DNA from: Chrysomallon squamiferum
Lineage: Eukaryota; Animalia; Mollusca
Length of the DNA: 64,000 nucleotides
Reading direction: 5' to 3'
Assembly (NCBI GenBank): GCA_012295275.1
Contig: CM022677.1
Location: 14,260,001-14,324,000 of the forward strand
Shown: in pieces, positions 25,077 through 39,186 of the stretch
Layout of the letters: every line of letters starts with the position of its first letter
How positions within the stretch are numbered: the stretch's first letter is position 1
The notes under the pieces: generated by a model
What the model was told of the DNA's origin: nothing
What the model saw: the letters and a program-made list of their open reading frames with translations, nothing else
Database searches by the model: none
Program-made: the position numbers and the translations under genes

Positions 25077-25184
<108 letters not shown>

Positions 25185-26633
25185 TTTTAATGTTCATTGT
25201 ACGGCACAAGATTTCGCTGTTTATTGTAAAAGAAACTGGATTTTTGAAATGGATATATAAATCTATTCCATTGTTGATAATGAAAAACGCAGACTATTCT
25301 GAGTTAATTTTCATATTTATTGTTCATATATTATAAACTTTTCATTTTACAGCAAAAATTGAATACATTTGCATTTTTACTGTTGTTCGTAAAAATGCAA
25401 ATATAATATAATTATTATTATTTTAATACCCTCATTCAACATACCTGTTTCTCTCTCACTCAATCTTTTACGCATAATCTTAATAAAAAAGAACAAAAAT
25501 TATTTGTTCTTTTCATTTTAAAAGTAGTGTAACTTACTGCTTCAGTTAATAATAGAAAAACAGTTCAGTTTTGTGCTGTGTGGATTGAAAAAACAAATTA
25601 CTGACAATAAATAAATAAATACAAATTAAAAATCATTAAATGATGCAGGTGCTAAATAAAAATAAAAATAAGCTTATTTATGAAAACGAAAATTGATATC
25701 AATATTAGAATTTAAGACAGCCTATTTCAATTACTGAGCGTTCTGTCGTATTTCTTCGTCTGTTTTCAGTTACGCATAATATCATTAATAAACGAGTAGT
25801 TGTTATCATACTGTCTGCTTTTATAGCAGATGTAAAGTGATATGCGAGTCGAAAACAGGTCTCCATTACGTCATTAGTTTTACACTATCAAAAACTCTAC
25901 CATGAATAAAAAAAATCAAACATTTCAATATTTAATATTAATGTAATTAGGTATTGATTTGTATTGTTAGATTTACCTTTGTTTGTCACCCAGTAGCTGA
26001 TATATTTTTCATGCTGGGCTGTCCTAAAACATTCATTCATTCGTATAGTTTGTAAAAACAAAGGCTATCAAAAATTTCACAGTTATTTAAAGAAAAGCTT
26101 TCATTCATTTGACAAAAAGAATTGACATATGACAGCACATGATACCAATACATATAATTACAAATGAAAGAATACATTTTTGAGTTTTAAGTATTTTTAT
26201 TATATAATTTTTTATTTTTTGTTATATGTGATCCTTTCCATGAGCATCAAGGCAAAAACCAGCTAATTTGTTTAAACCTAATTATGCATATACAGTTTAT
26301 GAACAGGGAAAGACAATGAAAGAGAGAATCAGAGAGGCTAGGAGAAAATTAGAGATAGTGAGAGAGAAATAAAAAGACTATGACATTATCACTATACCTG
26401 ACTTTTACCTCCAGTTCTGTAATTTTAACATCATCAACTTTTATGTTAATTCTTGACACTATGACTGGTTGTCCATAGATATATTTATTTAGGAAGTAAA
26501 AGTATTTAGAGACTGGTAGGTATTGGGTAGATAGGTAGGTTGATGATGTAGACAATCAGACAGACAGACAGACAGGTTACTGTAGATGTACACTGGTAAA
26601 TAGATATATAGTTAATAGGACTAGGGAGATGTA

Positions 26634-26670
<37 letters not shown>

Positions 26671-27051
26671 CATACAGAAAGAGTGAGAGGCTGACATATT
26701 GGGAGTAGCAGGTAAATCAAATTACATTTATATATAATTAATCAAACACTGATGATTTAAATGGAATACCTCTCCTCTAATCTATAGCCTTGTCTACAGA
26801 TACAGAATCAGACATCAGTATCCATGCTATTCCTCTGTTATCAAATTACTGGATCCTGGAAAATTCAAGCAGTGGTAGTAGTAGTACCTAATTATATGTG
26901 AGAAGGAAATATATTGATCTTTACATTAAAATGAAAGGAAAGTTTTAGAAATTAATGTAAAAGTTGATATTAAACCTGGACACAAAAGTTGATAAATATG
27001 TTAAGTATTGTAATGACAAATTTTATTTCATGTTAATAATTTCGTATTTAT

Positions 27052-27052
<1 letters not shown>

Positions 27053-27140
<88 letters not shown>

Positions 27141-27265
27141 TACATTTTTTATTAACTTTATTTACTTGTTCTTTTATTTCTAAATACATACACAGCCTGT
27201 ATTCAAAACAAAATACATTCATATGTGTATTTGTTATAGTACTTTTTAAAACTATTTATCCAAAA

Positions 27266-27304
<39 letters not shown>

Positions 27305-27316
27305 GTATGTATGTAT

Positions 27317-27376
<60 letters not shown>

Positions 27377-27537
27377 AAATCTTCATACACAGAATACAGC
27401 AGATATACATACACTTTGTTTATTACCTGAAGTCAGGTAGGTACTTCTCCATCTTTCTTGGCCTCAGTGATAGTGTTCAATTCATCAACAGACAGAATAC
27501 ACTCCTTAAGAGTCTATAAATTTGATATACTTTCATC

Positions 27538-27602
<65 letters not shown>
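27053..27602. repeat. Cluster of (CT)n, (CA)n and (GA)n microsatellites
   Basis: (CT)n 27053-27128, (CA)n 27269-27370, (GA)n 27541-27602. Confidence 0.95.
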
Positions 27603-27605
<3 letters not shown>

Positions 27606-29229
27606 GAGATGAACATAGAGAAGCTTCAAGTCAGAGAGACAAGATTTTAAATGTTCATAAATAAGGAGAATGTGATGTTTATTATTACAGATAGATATTG
27701 AGAAAGATAGACAGATAGCTCTGAACTGTTATTACTGCACTACTACATACTATATAATCACTCACCATGACCTTTCAACATGGCTGCAGTGTCAGAAGTT
27801 GACTGTTTCCTTTGTCTGTGAGAATGGCTGGACAATGCATCATATTACCGAGCATTCCTAGTGGAAGATAAACAAACAAATAAATGATATGACAAATTTC
27901 AATAAATGTGAACCATATAGATGTTAAAATAAAAAAATAACTGTAACTGTTTACCAGGATGTCCTCCAAGTGCTGTCAGTTTAATCAGGAAGCTGTCTGT
28001 AACTAAAGGGAGACAACTACAAGATGATTCAATTTTCTCCCCTTACTTCTTCACAGTGAGACCTTAAAATGAATTTAATTTATATAAATAATTTAAAAAG
28101 AAACAATTCAACAACAGCATTAACAATAATAAACCCTTTTATTCAATATTCTTTTTTCTTATTTTTACACTGGATTAACTTAGGATTAGAAATAGGGTTA
28201 GGATTAGGGTTAGTTCATGTGTTAAGTTAGGATGAGGGTAAGGGTTAGGTTTAGCCTATTTATTTATTTATTTTTGTTTCATTTTTAATTACTTTTATTG
28301 TTCTTCTTTTTAAATGAATTTATTTATTACCAATGGCAGCAGCCAACTTTGTGAAAAGTTCTTCGATTTCATTTTCTTTTAGGCTTTTCTCCTGGTTGTT
28401 AAGATACAACTTTGTCAATGGTGATGACTTCCCAACAACTGATAACAGTGACAACAGTCCATCATTCCTCAATAGGAAAACAATATTAATAAAAAATATT
28501 TAAAAAAAAACTTGAATTTAAAATTTAAAATATAAGGATGCAGGAACTACTACTATGACTATTGCAACTACAGCTACTGTTCCTACTGCACTCTGTTAAA
28601 ACTAAATAGCTGTTATTATTTATACTGCTACTGCTATTACTAAACCACTTATTATTACTACTGCTGCTACTACTACCTACTAGAACTGCAGCTATGATAA
28701 CTCCTTTACTACACCACTACATTATTATCACTATCCTACAATGTTAGCTATTATTATTATTATTACTATTCTTTCAACTGCTATTGCTGCTGCTGACTAC
28801 ATCATAGCTGCTACTGTCACCACCATATTACATGTTGCTGCTTATGTTTTTGATTACATCTCTGTCACAAATAATAAAGAACTGAAAACTCTTGTATTTA
28901 CAAAATGCGATTCAGAAGTGTTATTTTTCATACTCTGTGTGTGTATGTATAGTAACACAAATAAATAATATAAATCTCAAACAAAATGCAAGCTTCTATT
29001 TTATTATTTTGTATTAAGAACTAACTTTCTACTGCAAAATACAATTTATTACCTAATGAGTTTCCACCAATATTCAAGCTCTTTAATTCAGAGTTGTGTT
29101 CCTTGATAGTATAAACAAAGACTAAGGGTACCATCAATTTGAATCTTAAATTTAAGTAAAACAGGCCTGAGTATTTTGTACAAAGCATTTGAACGTAAAC
29201 AGATAACCAAATATTTCTTACCACAAACA

Positions 29230-29541
29230 CACATATACACACTATTATCTGAGTAGTAGCAATTATCACTCTGGTTGATACACACACACTCACAAACACA
29301 CTAACAGATTCACACTAGTATCTGAGTAGTAGTAATTATCACAGTTGCTGATACACATGCACTCACACATACACTATTACTGCATAGTAGCAATTATCTC
29401 TATTGTCCACACACACACACACACACATGCACACAGACCATTATCTGAGTAGTTGCAATTATCACTGTTGCTGATAAACACACACTCATTCACTCACACA
29501 TCCACACTATAATCTGCATAGTAGCAATTATCACTGTTGCT

Positions 29542-29594
<53 letters not shown>

Positions 29595-29896
29595 ACAAAC
29601 ACATCATTATCTCAGTAGTTGCAATTATCACTGTTGGTGATATACACACAAACACTATTATCTGAGTAGTAGTAATTATCACAGTTGCTGATATGCACAC
29701 ACACACACACACACACACAGAGTAGCAATTATCACTATTGCTGATACACTCACGCTTGCACACATGCACACATACATACACACTATTATCCGAGTAGTAG
29801 CAATTATCACAGTCGCTTATACACACACACACTATTGCTGATACTCAGGTCATAGTGTGAGCGAGTTATTACAATTGTATCTATTGCTGATACACA

Positions 29897-29940
<44 letters not shown>

Positions 29941-29965
29941 TATCTGAGTAGTTGCAATTATCACT
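29230..29965. repeat. Minisatellite of ~40-bp core interleaved with (CA)n
   Basis: The core actattatctgagtagtagcaattatcactgttgctga is repeated more than 10 times, separated by variable CA tracts. Confidence 0.88.
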
Positions 29966-30527
29966 CGCTGAGATCTGACTGACTAGTTACTGATACACCC
30001 ACTGATTGCTGTGTTAAGTTCATTGAGAGAAGAATTTTCTGTGACTGCAGTGCACAAATCTTTAGACCAATATCACTCATATTACACTGACTGTCACATA
30101 CAGAAAATAACACACACCCTGGCTTCTGTCAATAAAAATAAATAATATTAATGAAATTAAACTAATATTAAAATGTTATATACACACTTTGAGAAAGACA
30201 CACATATATTGTTAAAGATTATACAGATATCCATGTAGGAACACACATCTGCACAGCACACAATTTCACATATACATTAACACACACAACACAACACAAC
30301 ACAACACAAACACAGAAACACACACATATACATACACATATAGAGAGATAGATGGATTATGTTAATGCAGATACTACTGATGTTGTTGTTATAACTACTA
30401 ATGTAATTGTTTATCAACTACTAGTACCACTTTCACCTTTATTTACTATTACACTTTTCATGTGAACACAGCAAACTGTTTAAGTTGTGAAACTTCCTCT
30501 CACCCTTAAAGCAGCAGCCAGTCCTTT

Positions 30528-30905
30528 AGTGAGAGCAGTTTTATCAGATAATCCATTACTAGACAGATCTATTCTGTGAGTCCAGTGTTTAGTGAGAGTA
30601 GTTTTATCAGATAATCCATTACTAGGCAAATCTAGTTATGTGATTCCAATGTTTAGTGAGAGCAGTTTTATCAGATAATCCATTACTAGGCAAATCTAGT
30701 TATGTGATTCCAATGTTTAGTGAGAGCAGTTTTATCAGATAATCCATTACTAGACAGATCTAGTTCTGTGAGTCCAGTGTTTAGTGAGAGCAGTTTTATC
30801 AGATAACCCATTACTAGACAGATCTAGTTCTGTGAGTCCAGTGTTTAGTGAGAGCAGTTTTATCAGATAACCCATTACTAGACAGATCTAGTTCTGTGAG
30901 TCCAG
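30528..30905. repeat. 64-bp tandem repeat (6 copies) inside an LRR exon
   Basis: agtgagagcagttttatcagataa occurs at 30528, 30591, 30655, 30719, 30783 and 30847. Confidence 0.95.
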
Positions 30906-32771
30906 CGTTTTCTACTAGAGTCAATGAGAGGAGTTTCAAATCAGTGGAGCCTACACATAGCTCTGAAAATAAATAAATAAATAAATAAATAAATAACTCT
31001 AATATCACAGTAAATATCAGTAGCTCTGAAATTATAGAGAAATTATTATGAAAAGTAAAATAGTGGCAGATAAAGAAAAGTTAATAAAATGACATGATTA
31101 AAAAAAATAAGAAAAAGAAAACTGAGAGTTTTCAGTGTTTTGTTTTCTTTAAGAGCTGGACTGACACAGTGAGAGAAGTAATCATTTCCTAGCGAATTTA
31201 CTCAACACATCCAAATATTCCTGTTTATCAACAACATTTTGACTACAATGCTAGAAACAAAACACTCATGTTGTGTGTATTAGTTTTAAAACTATTAATA
31301 CAAATTGTTAACACTTATTTATTATTAAAATGTAGTTAGTAGAAGACATCATAATGTTTTAACAGTAGTAACAGCAGATGTAGTAATACCAGTAATAGAA
31401 CTAGTAGAAGCAGTAGCAGTTGTAGTAGTAGTAGTAGTAGTAGTAGTAATTATATTAGTAACAGCAGCAGCAGAATTTGTAGTTGTAGTATTAGTGCTAA
31501 TAGTACCAGGAGTAGTAATAGTTGAAGTATTAATAATAGAGTAGTAACAATGGTAGTAGTTGTAGTATTAGTGGTAATTGTACTAGTAGCAGTAATAGTG
31601 GTAATAATTGTAGTATTAGTAGTAACAGTACTAGTTGTAGTAATAGTGGTAATAGTTTCTAGTATTAGTAAAGCAACAGTAGTAGTAGTAATTGTTTGTA
31701 ATATTGTTGTTATTATTATTATTGTTATTATTTTTTTTTTTTAATTTTTATGATTACTGTTATTATTATTATAAAACGTTTTATAACAGTTATAATTAAG
31801 ATTACTCACAGCACTCTCAGTGTCTGTTTTGTTGGTGGTGAGGCTAAGGAAGATCACTGTTGTGTTAGAACACACTGCCAAGCACACAGCTTGGAAAGCC
31901 TCAGGTCCAAAACTGTTTCCTGATAAATTTAAAACCTAGTTAAAAAAATAATGAAAATACAGAATACTAAATTTTTCAGTAGGTTGTAATTTTACAAAAA
32001 TAATGAAAAGGTTGATAATAATTAATGTGAATATTATGTAATTCAGTATGATTATATTTTAAATAAATTGAAAATAATAAGAAAATAAATAAATGATAGA
32101 TAGATAGATACATCAAATAGATAGACAGAAGATAGGCAGAAAGATTTATAAATAAATAAAAATAAATAAACTAGAAATAATCAAATTGTTTTAAGAGCAT
32201 TTTTATAAATTAAAACTATAAATAAATTAAAAATTATTTAAATTACTGATTCTAAAGCTATTTGTGTTCAGAACTAACAAAAGAGAACTTACAGAAAGAT
32301 AATATTTTCTTTCTTTGTTATACTTCAAAATATTACAACTTTCAAAATAATTTTTAAAACACATAAAGGAAAGAAAGGAAGAAAAAAGAAAGAAAACTAA
32401 AAACATGATAATTAGGAACAAATAACAAATGATACATAAAGATACAGACAGAAAAACATTTAAGTATATAGTAAGTAGAGACATAGTAAGAAAGACAAAC
32501 ATATTTATCTGAACATTTTCAAGGAAAGAAATACAGACAAACAGAAAAGCAGAGAGAGATAGAAATAAAATAAATAAATAGGGAGGCAGGCAGAGAGAGA
32601 AACAGACAGATAGACTAAGACATATTTACAGACATATTTACCTGAATATTTTTAAAGGTTTTAAAATCTGACTGTCAGTTTGTCTCAGTCTAATGGTGGT
32701 AGTGATGTTGTTGGTGCTGACTGCTGTTTCTTTTTCAATGATGTGAAACCCATGTCAGTTCTGTGGAAATA

Positions 32772-32825
32772 AAAAAAACGTAGAAAATTATATATATATA
32801 TATATATAATTTTCTACGTTTTTTT
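32772..32825. repeat. Perfect 54-bp palindrome centred on (TA)n
   Basis: aaaaaaacgtagaaaatt(at)n aattttctacgttttttt. Confidence 0.9.
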
Positions 32826-34439
32826 ATATATATATATATATATAAACAGAGGGCAGACCTTGAAATTAAGAGAAAACATTAAGTGAATATAAATAAAATA
32901 TTTATCCAAATCATTGATATCTATTTAAAATTCACTAATAGTAACAAACAAGTTATAAGAATAATACTGGTTCTAAAAAAATCACTAATAATAATAATTT
33001 TCAGAAAACAAAATATATTGACAAGTTTACAACTTCATTATTGTTTGGGTTTGTTTGGCAAACACTAGAAATACAACATCATCAATTGAAACAGGTTTTG
33101 AATTAGGAAAACAGAACATCTACACTAGTAACAAAAATATTAATTCTCTGAGATATTACTAGATAACTTGTTTTAATAAAACACTAAAAAAGAAGTCTGC
33201 TCCCCACTGAAGAAGAAATATAATGATAAAAAGAATTAAAACTAGATTGTAAAAAAAAACTATAATTACAGTAATAATAATAACTAAATAAATAAATAAT
33301 CAAATAAAATTGAAAGATGGAGATGCAGTTAAGAGATTGAAAATATTAATACTATAAATAAATAAATAAATAAATCAAATTAAAATTAAAATTATAATAA
33401 TAATATAAATACATATACATACATAATAATAAAAAGAAAATAATTCTAATTCTTCAAATAAAATGAGCAGGAGAACAAAATTAAAAAACAAAAAAAAAGA
33501 AATTAAAATGATAAAAGAAAGACAACTAAAGAACTAAAAGAAATAATATAGTCATTTTAAGTGAGGTCAGGAAAAAAATAAGTAAATAACAAATAATGGT
33601 AACATATAAGAAAATGCAGAAACTAGGAAATGAAGATAAGAAACAAAAAGAAACAAAGGAGAAAATTAACAAGAGTAAGAATGGTCAATAGCTTCAAAAC
33701 AACAAAAATAATAATAAAAACAAAATAATTAATAAACAATAAAATTCATTAAAATAAAAATTAAGAATTTAAAATATAAAGAAACAAAAAGAAAGAATAA
33801 TAAGAATTATGTACAGAAACTGGGAGACTGAAAAATAATAAGTAAATTGTATTATTACAAAAATCTTGCTTATCATTAAAATAACTAAAAATAAATACAG
33901 ACAAGAAGAAAAAGAAGATTATGAAAAAATTACAATATAGAAAAATAACAATAAACAATAAAAAATTGGTTATAAAATAGACAATAAAATAACTTTAAAG
34001 AAAACACAAAAATGAAAACAAATAAAAACAAATGAAGAAATATGAATAACACAGGAATAAGAAGAAATTAGAAGAATAAAAGACAAAAAGAAATACACAC
34101 ACACATGCACACAGAAGTATATATTTAAAATACATAAAACAAATAAATTAAATAAATAAATTATAGAAAAAGACAGAAAAATAATAAAATGTCATCAAAT
34201 AAAATATTACTGAAATAGTAACAAGATAATGAAATAATACAAATTACAGAGTCCAAATGAACAGTTTGAAAAAAAAAAAAAGATAAATTAAATGTTGATG
34301 ATGATTATTATTATCATTATTATTAGTAGTAGTAGTAGTAGTAGTAGTATCAATATCAAATTTAAATAAGAATAATTATAATCATAGTAATCATCGTGAT
34401 AATAATAATAATTATTATAAATTATTAGAACATTTCTTT

Positions 34440-34665
34440 TACTGAAATACAGATGAGGTAATCTGCGTTCTTCTTTATGTTTGATAACACCAACACGTGT
34501 TTAAAAGTTTGTAAAAACAGATCGGCGTTCGACGCTGCCATCTTGGATTTTGATCGGAGGTTTCCGTGAGCTTACGGAAGTTTTTAAATTCCCAAATTCA
34601 ATTATTTTAGATCTGTTTTCTGAACTTTTTATGATTTACACTGAAAAAGATAAAGATGGCTGTTC
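34440..34665 (-). promoter_or_regulatory. Candidate promoter/first exon (YY1- and ETS-like motifs, local CpG enrichment)
   Basis: gccatcttg (YY1-like) overlaps a minus-strand ATG at 34541 (MAASNADLFLQTFK...), and cggaagt lies at 34575. The region is upstream of the LRR exons on the same strand. Confidence 0.35.
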
Positions 34666-34905
34666 ATATTTCCAAACCACGATGTAATGCGGCTTTCGTA
34701 ACTAGTTTTTCAACTTAAACAAAATTTTCAAACGTCATTATGAGTAGATAAAATATATAAACTTAGATAGAAGTTGGCTTCTACGTTTTACTTTCAATCA
34801 AGAATTCAAATAACGTTATTATGAGTAGATAAAATATATAAACTTAGATACTATACCATAGTATAGAAGTTGGCTTCTACATTTTATTTTCCATCCAAAG
34901 ACAAT

Positions 34906-34939
<34 letters not shown>

Positions 34940-35169
34940 TAAATAAATAAATAAAATGAAAATAAAAATATTACCTGAATTTGTCCTTACATTGTTATTT
35001 CAGTCGGGCAGCATCATTTTCTGTTTTCAATAATTAAATTGTAAAAGTTAAGGGGAACGAAAACACATACCGAATATTAATAATAACAATAATAATAAAT
35101 AAAATAATATATATGACTGTTAGAGATATTCATTTAAGTATGTAACGGTTAAAAACTATATGAACAGTA

Positions 35170-36420
35170 GAGTTGCCGTCGTTGCCGTCGGAAAGGGTTT
35201 GTTCCTAATATGCTAGGTGTACTTATCAATATTCTTTTTCTCTTTTTATCAGCTATTATTCTTACCATCTCAATGTATACATCATATATTAGAATATTCT
35301 ATCATCCTATATTAGAATATATTATTAATATGTCTATTAATGTCGCCGTAGCTACCAACGTAACAGCTTTGTTTTCAACGTTTGAAGTGAATAATTTTAT
35401 ATAATTATTCACATCGAACGCGAAAGTAAAACGTTTAAGGAAAATTATTATTTAGTACTATCACTAAAAAAATATTTGTTGATTTTATGATTATGATTAT
35501 TATTGTTGTTGTTGTTGTTGTTCTTCTTCTTCTTCTTCTTCTTCTTCTTATTATTATTATTATTATTATTTGTCAAATATTTTAATAATTAGTATTTTGA
35601 AATAATAAATGCGCGGCTCTTGTTGTTTAAGATAATTCTTGTTTCTCTTCTGTGGCTGAGTACTTTTCACGTTGCACTCGCTGACCTTCGGATGTTTTTC
35701 AGATACGATGGAGTGCACCTCCGTGTTTGTCATATAAAAGGTCACTTAATTCTCACAATTTTCTCATATATTAGAATATATTCTCGTTATTCTTTAGCTC
35801 TTTTCACTAATTATTGTTGTTGTTGTTATTATTATTATGTGTATTATAGTTTCTGAGCAGGCGCATCACCTATTAAAATATATTATTGTAATTTCTATTA
35901 ATGTCGCCGACGTTCCCGTGATACGGGGATTGTTCCTGACGTTACTGGTGTACTCCTTTTCGTTTTTTATTCTATGTTATTCTTATTTTCTCACCGTGCC
36001 CGTCCTATACAAAAATATGTTATTGTTATCTCTATTAATACACCATCATTACCGTCGTTACTGAATTGTTCTTAATGTTCTCGTTGTATTTCACCTTATT
36101 CTTTTGCCTTTTATTAACTATTGCAACCCTATTATCACATCCTACGTTAAAAAATATCATTACTCGTTCTATTAATGAGACTGTCATTGCCGTAGTTCCA
36201 GCATTGTTCTTAACGTCTTGGTGTACACTTCACTAGTCTTTTTCGCTTTTTATTCGCTTTTATTCTTATTTTGTAACGTGCGCATTCTAAATATGATATT
36301 AATATCGGCGTCATTGCCATCATACCGGCGAGTTGCTAACGTTATTGGTTTACTCCTCATTATCCCTTTTCGTTTTTTATTCGCTGTTATTCTTATTTAT
36401 CAGTATAATCTCGCGCCCAC
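35170..36420. repeat. Degenerate ~145-bp satellite-like family (same as 24465-24850)
   Basis: Repeated ttctattaatgtcgccg...ttgttcct/ttaacgt...ggtgtac...ttttattc segments. Confidence 0.7.
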
Positions 36421-36637
36421 TGAACTTCTCCTTTATTACATCTCATACAGTTTTAGACAAGATTATTAATCTGTACCTTCTCAACATACTTACCTCCTAT
36501 TAACGTCATAAATTATATATCACTACATATTAAAATGATAATTTCAAGTAAGAACATTGATTATAGAGAATACCTGTATTTTGGGAAATACAGAGCATAA
36601 TATAGAGTTTACTTTAAATTTTTAAATTTTTATTTTA

Positions 36638-36688
<51 letters not shown>

Positions 36689-37364
36689 GTTTATAAAAAA
36701 AACAAAAAATAGAAGAAAATTTAAATGATATTCCATTACGTATAAAAGGGTATCAGTTTATTTTCTAAAAAAGAGCGCAGTTTACTATATTTCATAAAAT
36801 AATTATAAAATAAGAAGATAGTTTTAATTAAGGATACTGCTAATTAAACGAATAAATTATGTAACATTAATTATAAACAAGTACAAATAAAGTGATATTT
36901 TTAATTAAGTATACAGCTGTATACACGAATAAATTATATAACATCACATAATTATAAGCAAGTAAAAATAAATGACAGTTTTACTTAAGAATGCCGCTAT
37001 TTACACTGATAATGTTGCCCCTCAGTTATAAAAAATAATTTTAATAACTATTTGTGTCTTGACTTTGTTTCTCAGTTTAGAATAAATCTGAAAATGTTGC
37101 TGAGTTTCAGATTAGTCAAATTATTTATCATAGTAAACAAATCGTCAAATTAAATTAGATGAGTGTATTAACTTTTATTAAGTGAATTTGACAAACTTCA
37201 GCTGAGCGAACTTTTTTCCGAGCGAACTGGTGCCGACTACAGCGATGTGACATATTTGTTGAAACAAGTAAATGATAACGATTCAAGAGTTGGCATTAAT
37301 TTATGTAGTGGAAAGCGAAATAATCAGCGTCGTTGTGGAGCATTTCGATTTTTTTTTTAAATTA

Positions 37365-38075
37365 TAGTTAATTCAGCTGTTCTTGACAGTGCATATAATT
37401 CAACGGTTGCCAGTGAATACTGGATGAAATGTTATTTGGATACTTTACACAGAAACTTAAACAAGTTAATGAAATGTTAATGACACCGTTTTCTAATCTG
37501 GTGCAGGTAAATGCCTTAAATCAAAGAAATAAGTAACAATTCATTGTAAAATAGTGGGTGTAAAATGTATCAGATGTAACAGATGTGGTTGAAAGTGACA
37601 TGCAATTAGTTTTGGGAAAACCAGCAGTGAAAAGTGCAACGTAGTGTAAGATTTAGAGCATGACAGAGCTAAATTCTTGGAAAGCAGATTAATTTGTATA
37701 CACACTGTGTTCATCTTGATTATCCAAAACAACTTTTCTACACTATTACTGATAAGAAAAAAAGAAAATCATTTTACAACTTCATAAACAGTTTGCTCAT
37801 TCTTTGAATCAAAGACTTGCAGTGTTATTAAAGGATGCAGGTGTCAGTGATGATGATTGTCATAAGAGGTAACTAAAACTTGCGATGTTTGTAAACAAAA
37901 GAACTTCACCCAGACATATCATGTGTTTTCCATTTGCATCAGAATTTAATGATGTGGCTCTGGATCTAAAAGAATGGAAGTCAGGTGTACATTTCTTACA
38001 TTGATTTGGCAACATGATTCTGTTTAGCTGCAGTTATTCAACAAAAAACTCCAGCTGTGATTGACAAAGTGTGCT
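37365..38075 (+). mobile_element. Degenerate Ty1/Copia (GalEa-like) LTR retrotransposon pol fragment: protease then integrase
   Basis: NSAVLDSAYNSTVASEYWMKCYLDTL (aspartyl protease), TDVVESDMQLVLGKPA, LHKQFAHSLNQRLAVLLKDAG plus CDVCK (HHCC), ASEFNDVALDLKEW and IDLAT.F...AVIQQKTP (integrase core). PR-IN order is Copia type. Many stops and frameshifts are present. Confidence 0.85.
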
Positions 38076-39186
38076 GAATTCACTATTATAACTTTGGTTT
38101 GGATGGTAAATGCAATGAGTGGATTCAATGAGTGCAATGAGCAGAATAGAACTTTTAAGACAAACTTCTTTTTTTAACTACATTTATTTCTAAAATACTT
38201 TGAACATTTAAAATTTTTCTTGTGAATGTGTTTAAAATCCTATAATTATCAAAAAACAACAACATGGGGTTGTCTTAACATGATTATTTGGAATTACCAG
38301 AATGTCTTGGTGTCACAGAGCCAATATTTATTCTTGTTGTTATGTCTAGGGGGTTTAACAACACTGTGACAAGTATTGGAAAACACACACACAGAGCTGA
38401 AAACTCATCTAAAAAATATGGTGGACCAAAAAACAAATTTCGGCCATTAAATATTCATTATGATTTTTGCTATTGATGGGGAAAATTCAGATTTGCTTGT
38501 GAAATGGTAAACATATATTAAATAATTAAATAAATAAAATAATAAAATAAATAAAATAAATAAGATAAATACAATCCTTAAAATAAATAAATATTAAATA
38601 AATAAATAGATAAAATTGCTTATTAAATAAATTAGAACCTTAGAACTTCAGGTTTTCACAGGGTTTCTTTGTATGATGTCTGTATGGAATAGTTACTGGT
38701 GATATATTTCTTATTATATTTTCTGATTACGCAACTTTTAAAATATTTTTTATACACTTATTTTTTCCATAGCTGACATAGATGTGTGAGTCGAAAACAT
38801 GAATTTTCCCAGTATCAGAACATTTTTTAATGAATGTAAACTGGGGTTTGAAAGCATGTAAACTGGGGTTTTGTAATGAAAACTGCTCTTCTGTAAAAGT
38901 TTAATCCTTGTAGATGAATCATAGTTTATTTTGAGAGAGAAAAAGGACAATTTTGACTTAAAATGTATTTTAAAATATGTGAAATTATCATGTTATAGTT
39001 GGTATCTTAATTATTATTAATACATTCTTCATTTATTTTCACATTTACACTTTCTACCATCTTCACTTCTGCTATAAAATGGATGTCTGTGGAAGCAGTG
39101 GCAGTATGTTTCTGCTGCTGATGATGCTACTCCTGCAGAGAATAGATTCTGTCGTCTTTTACTGTTTTATTTGTTTTATATTTGCA

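Larger units (their letters stand above)
25975..32765 (-). pseudogene. Multi-exon RNI-like leucine-rich-repeat gene, probably decayed
   Basis: Splice-bounded pieces on the minus strand: 31935-31810 VLNLSGNSFGPEAFQAVCLAVCSNTTVIFLSLTTNKTDTESA; ~30963-30504 LVENAGLTELDLSSNGLSDK...GLAAALR (disrupted by 64-bp repeats); 29101-29026 EHNSELKSLNIGGNSLG; ~28470-28331 NDGLLSLLSVVGKSSPLTKLYLNNQ. Further small exons lie near 28000, 27470, 26440 and 26000, some with in-frame stops. Confidence 0.65.

Noticed and set aside
28180-28252. Telomere-like TTAGG(G) repeats
   Set aside because: Short, degenerate and intronic; not a telomeric array.
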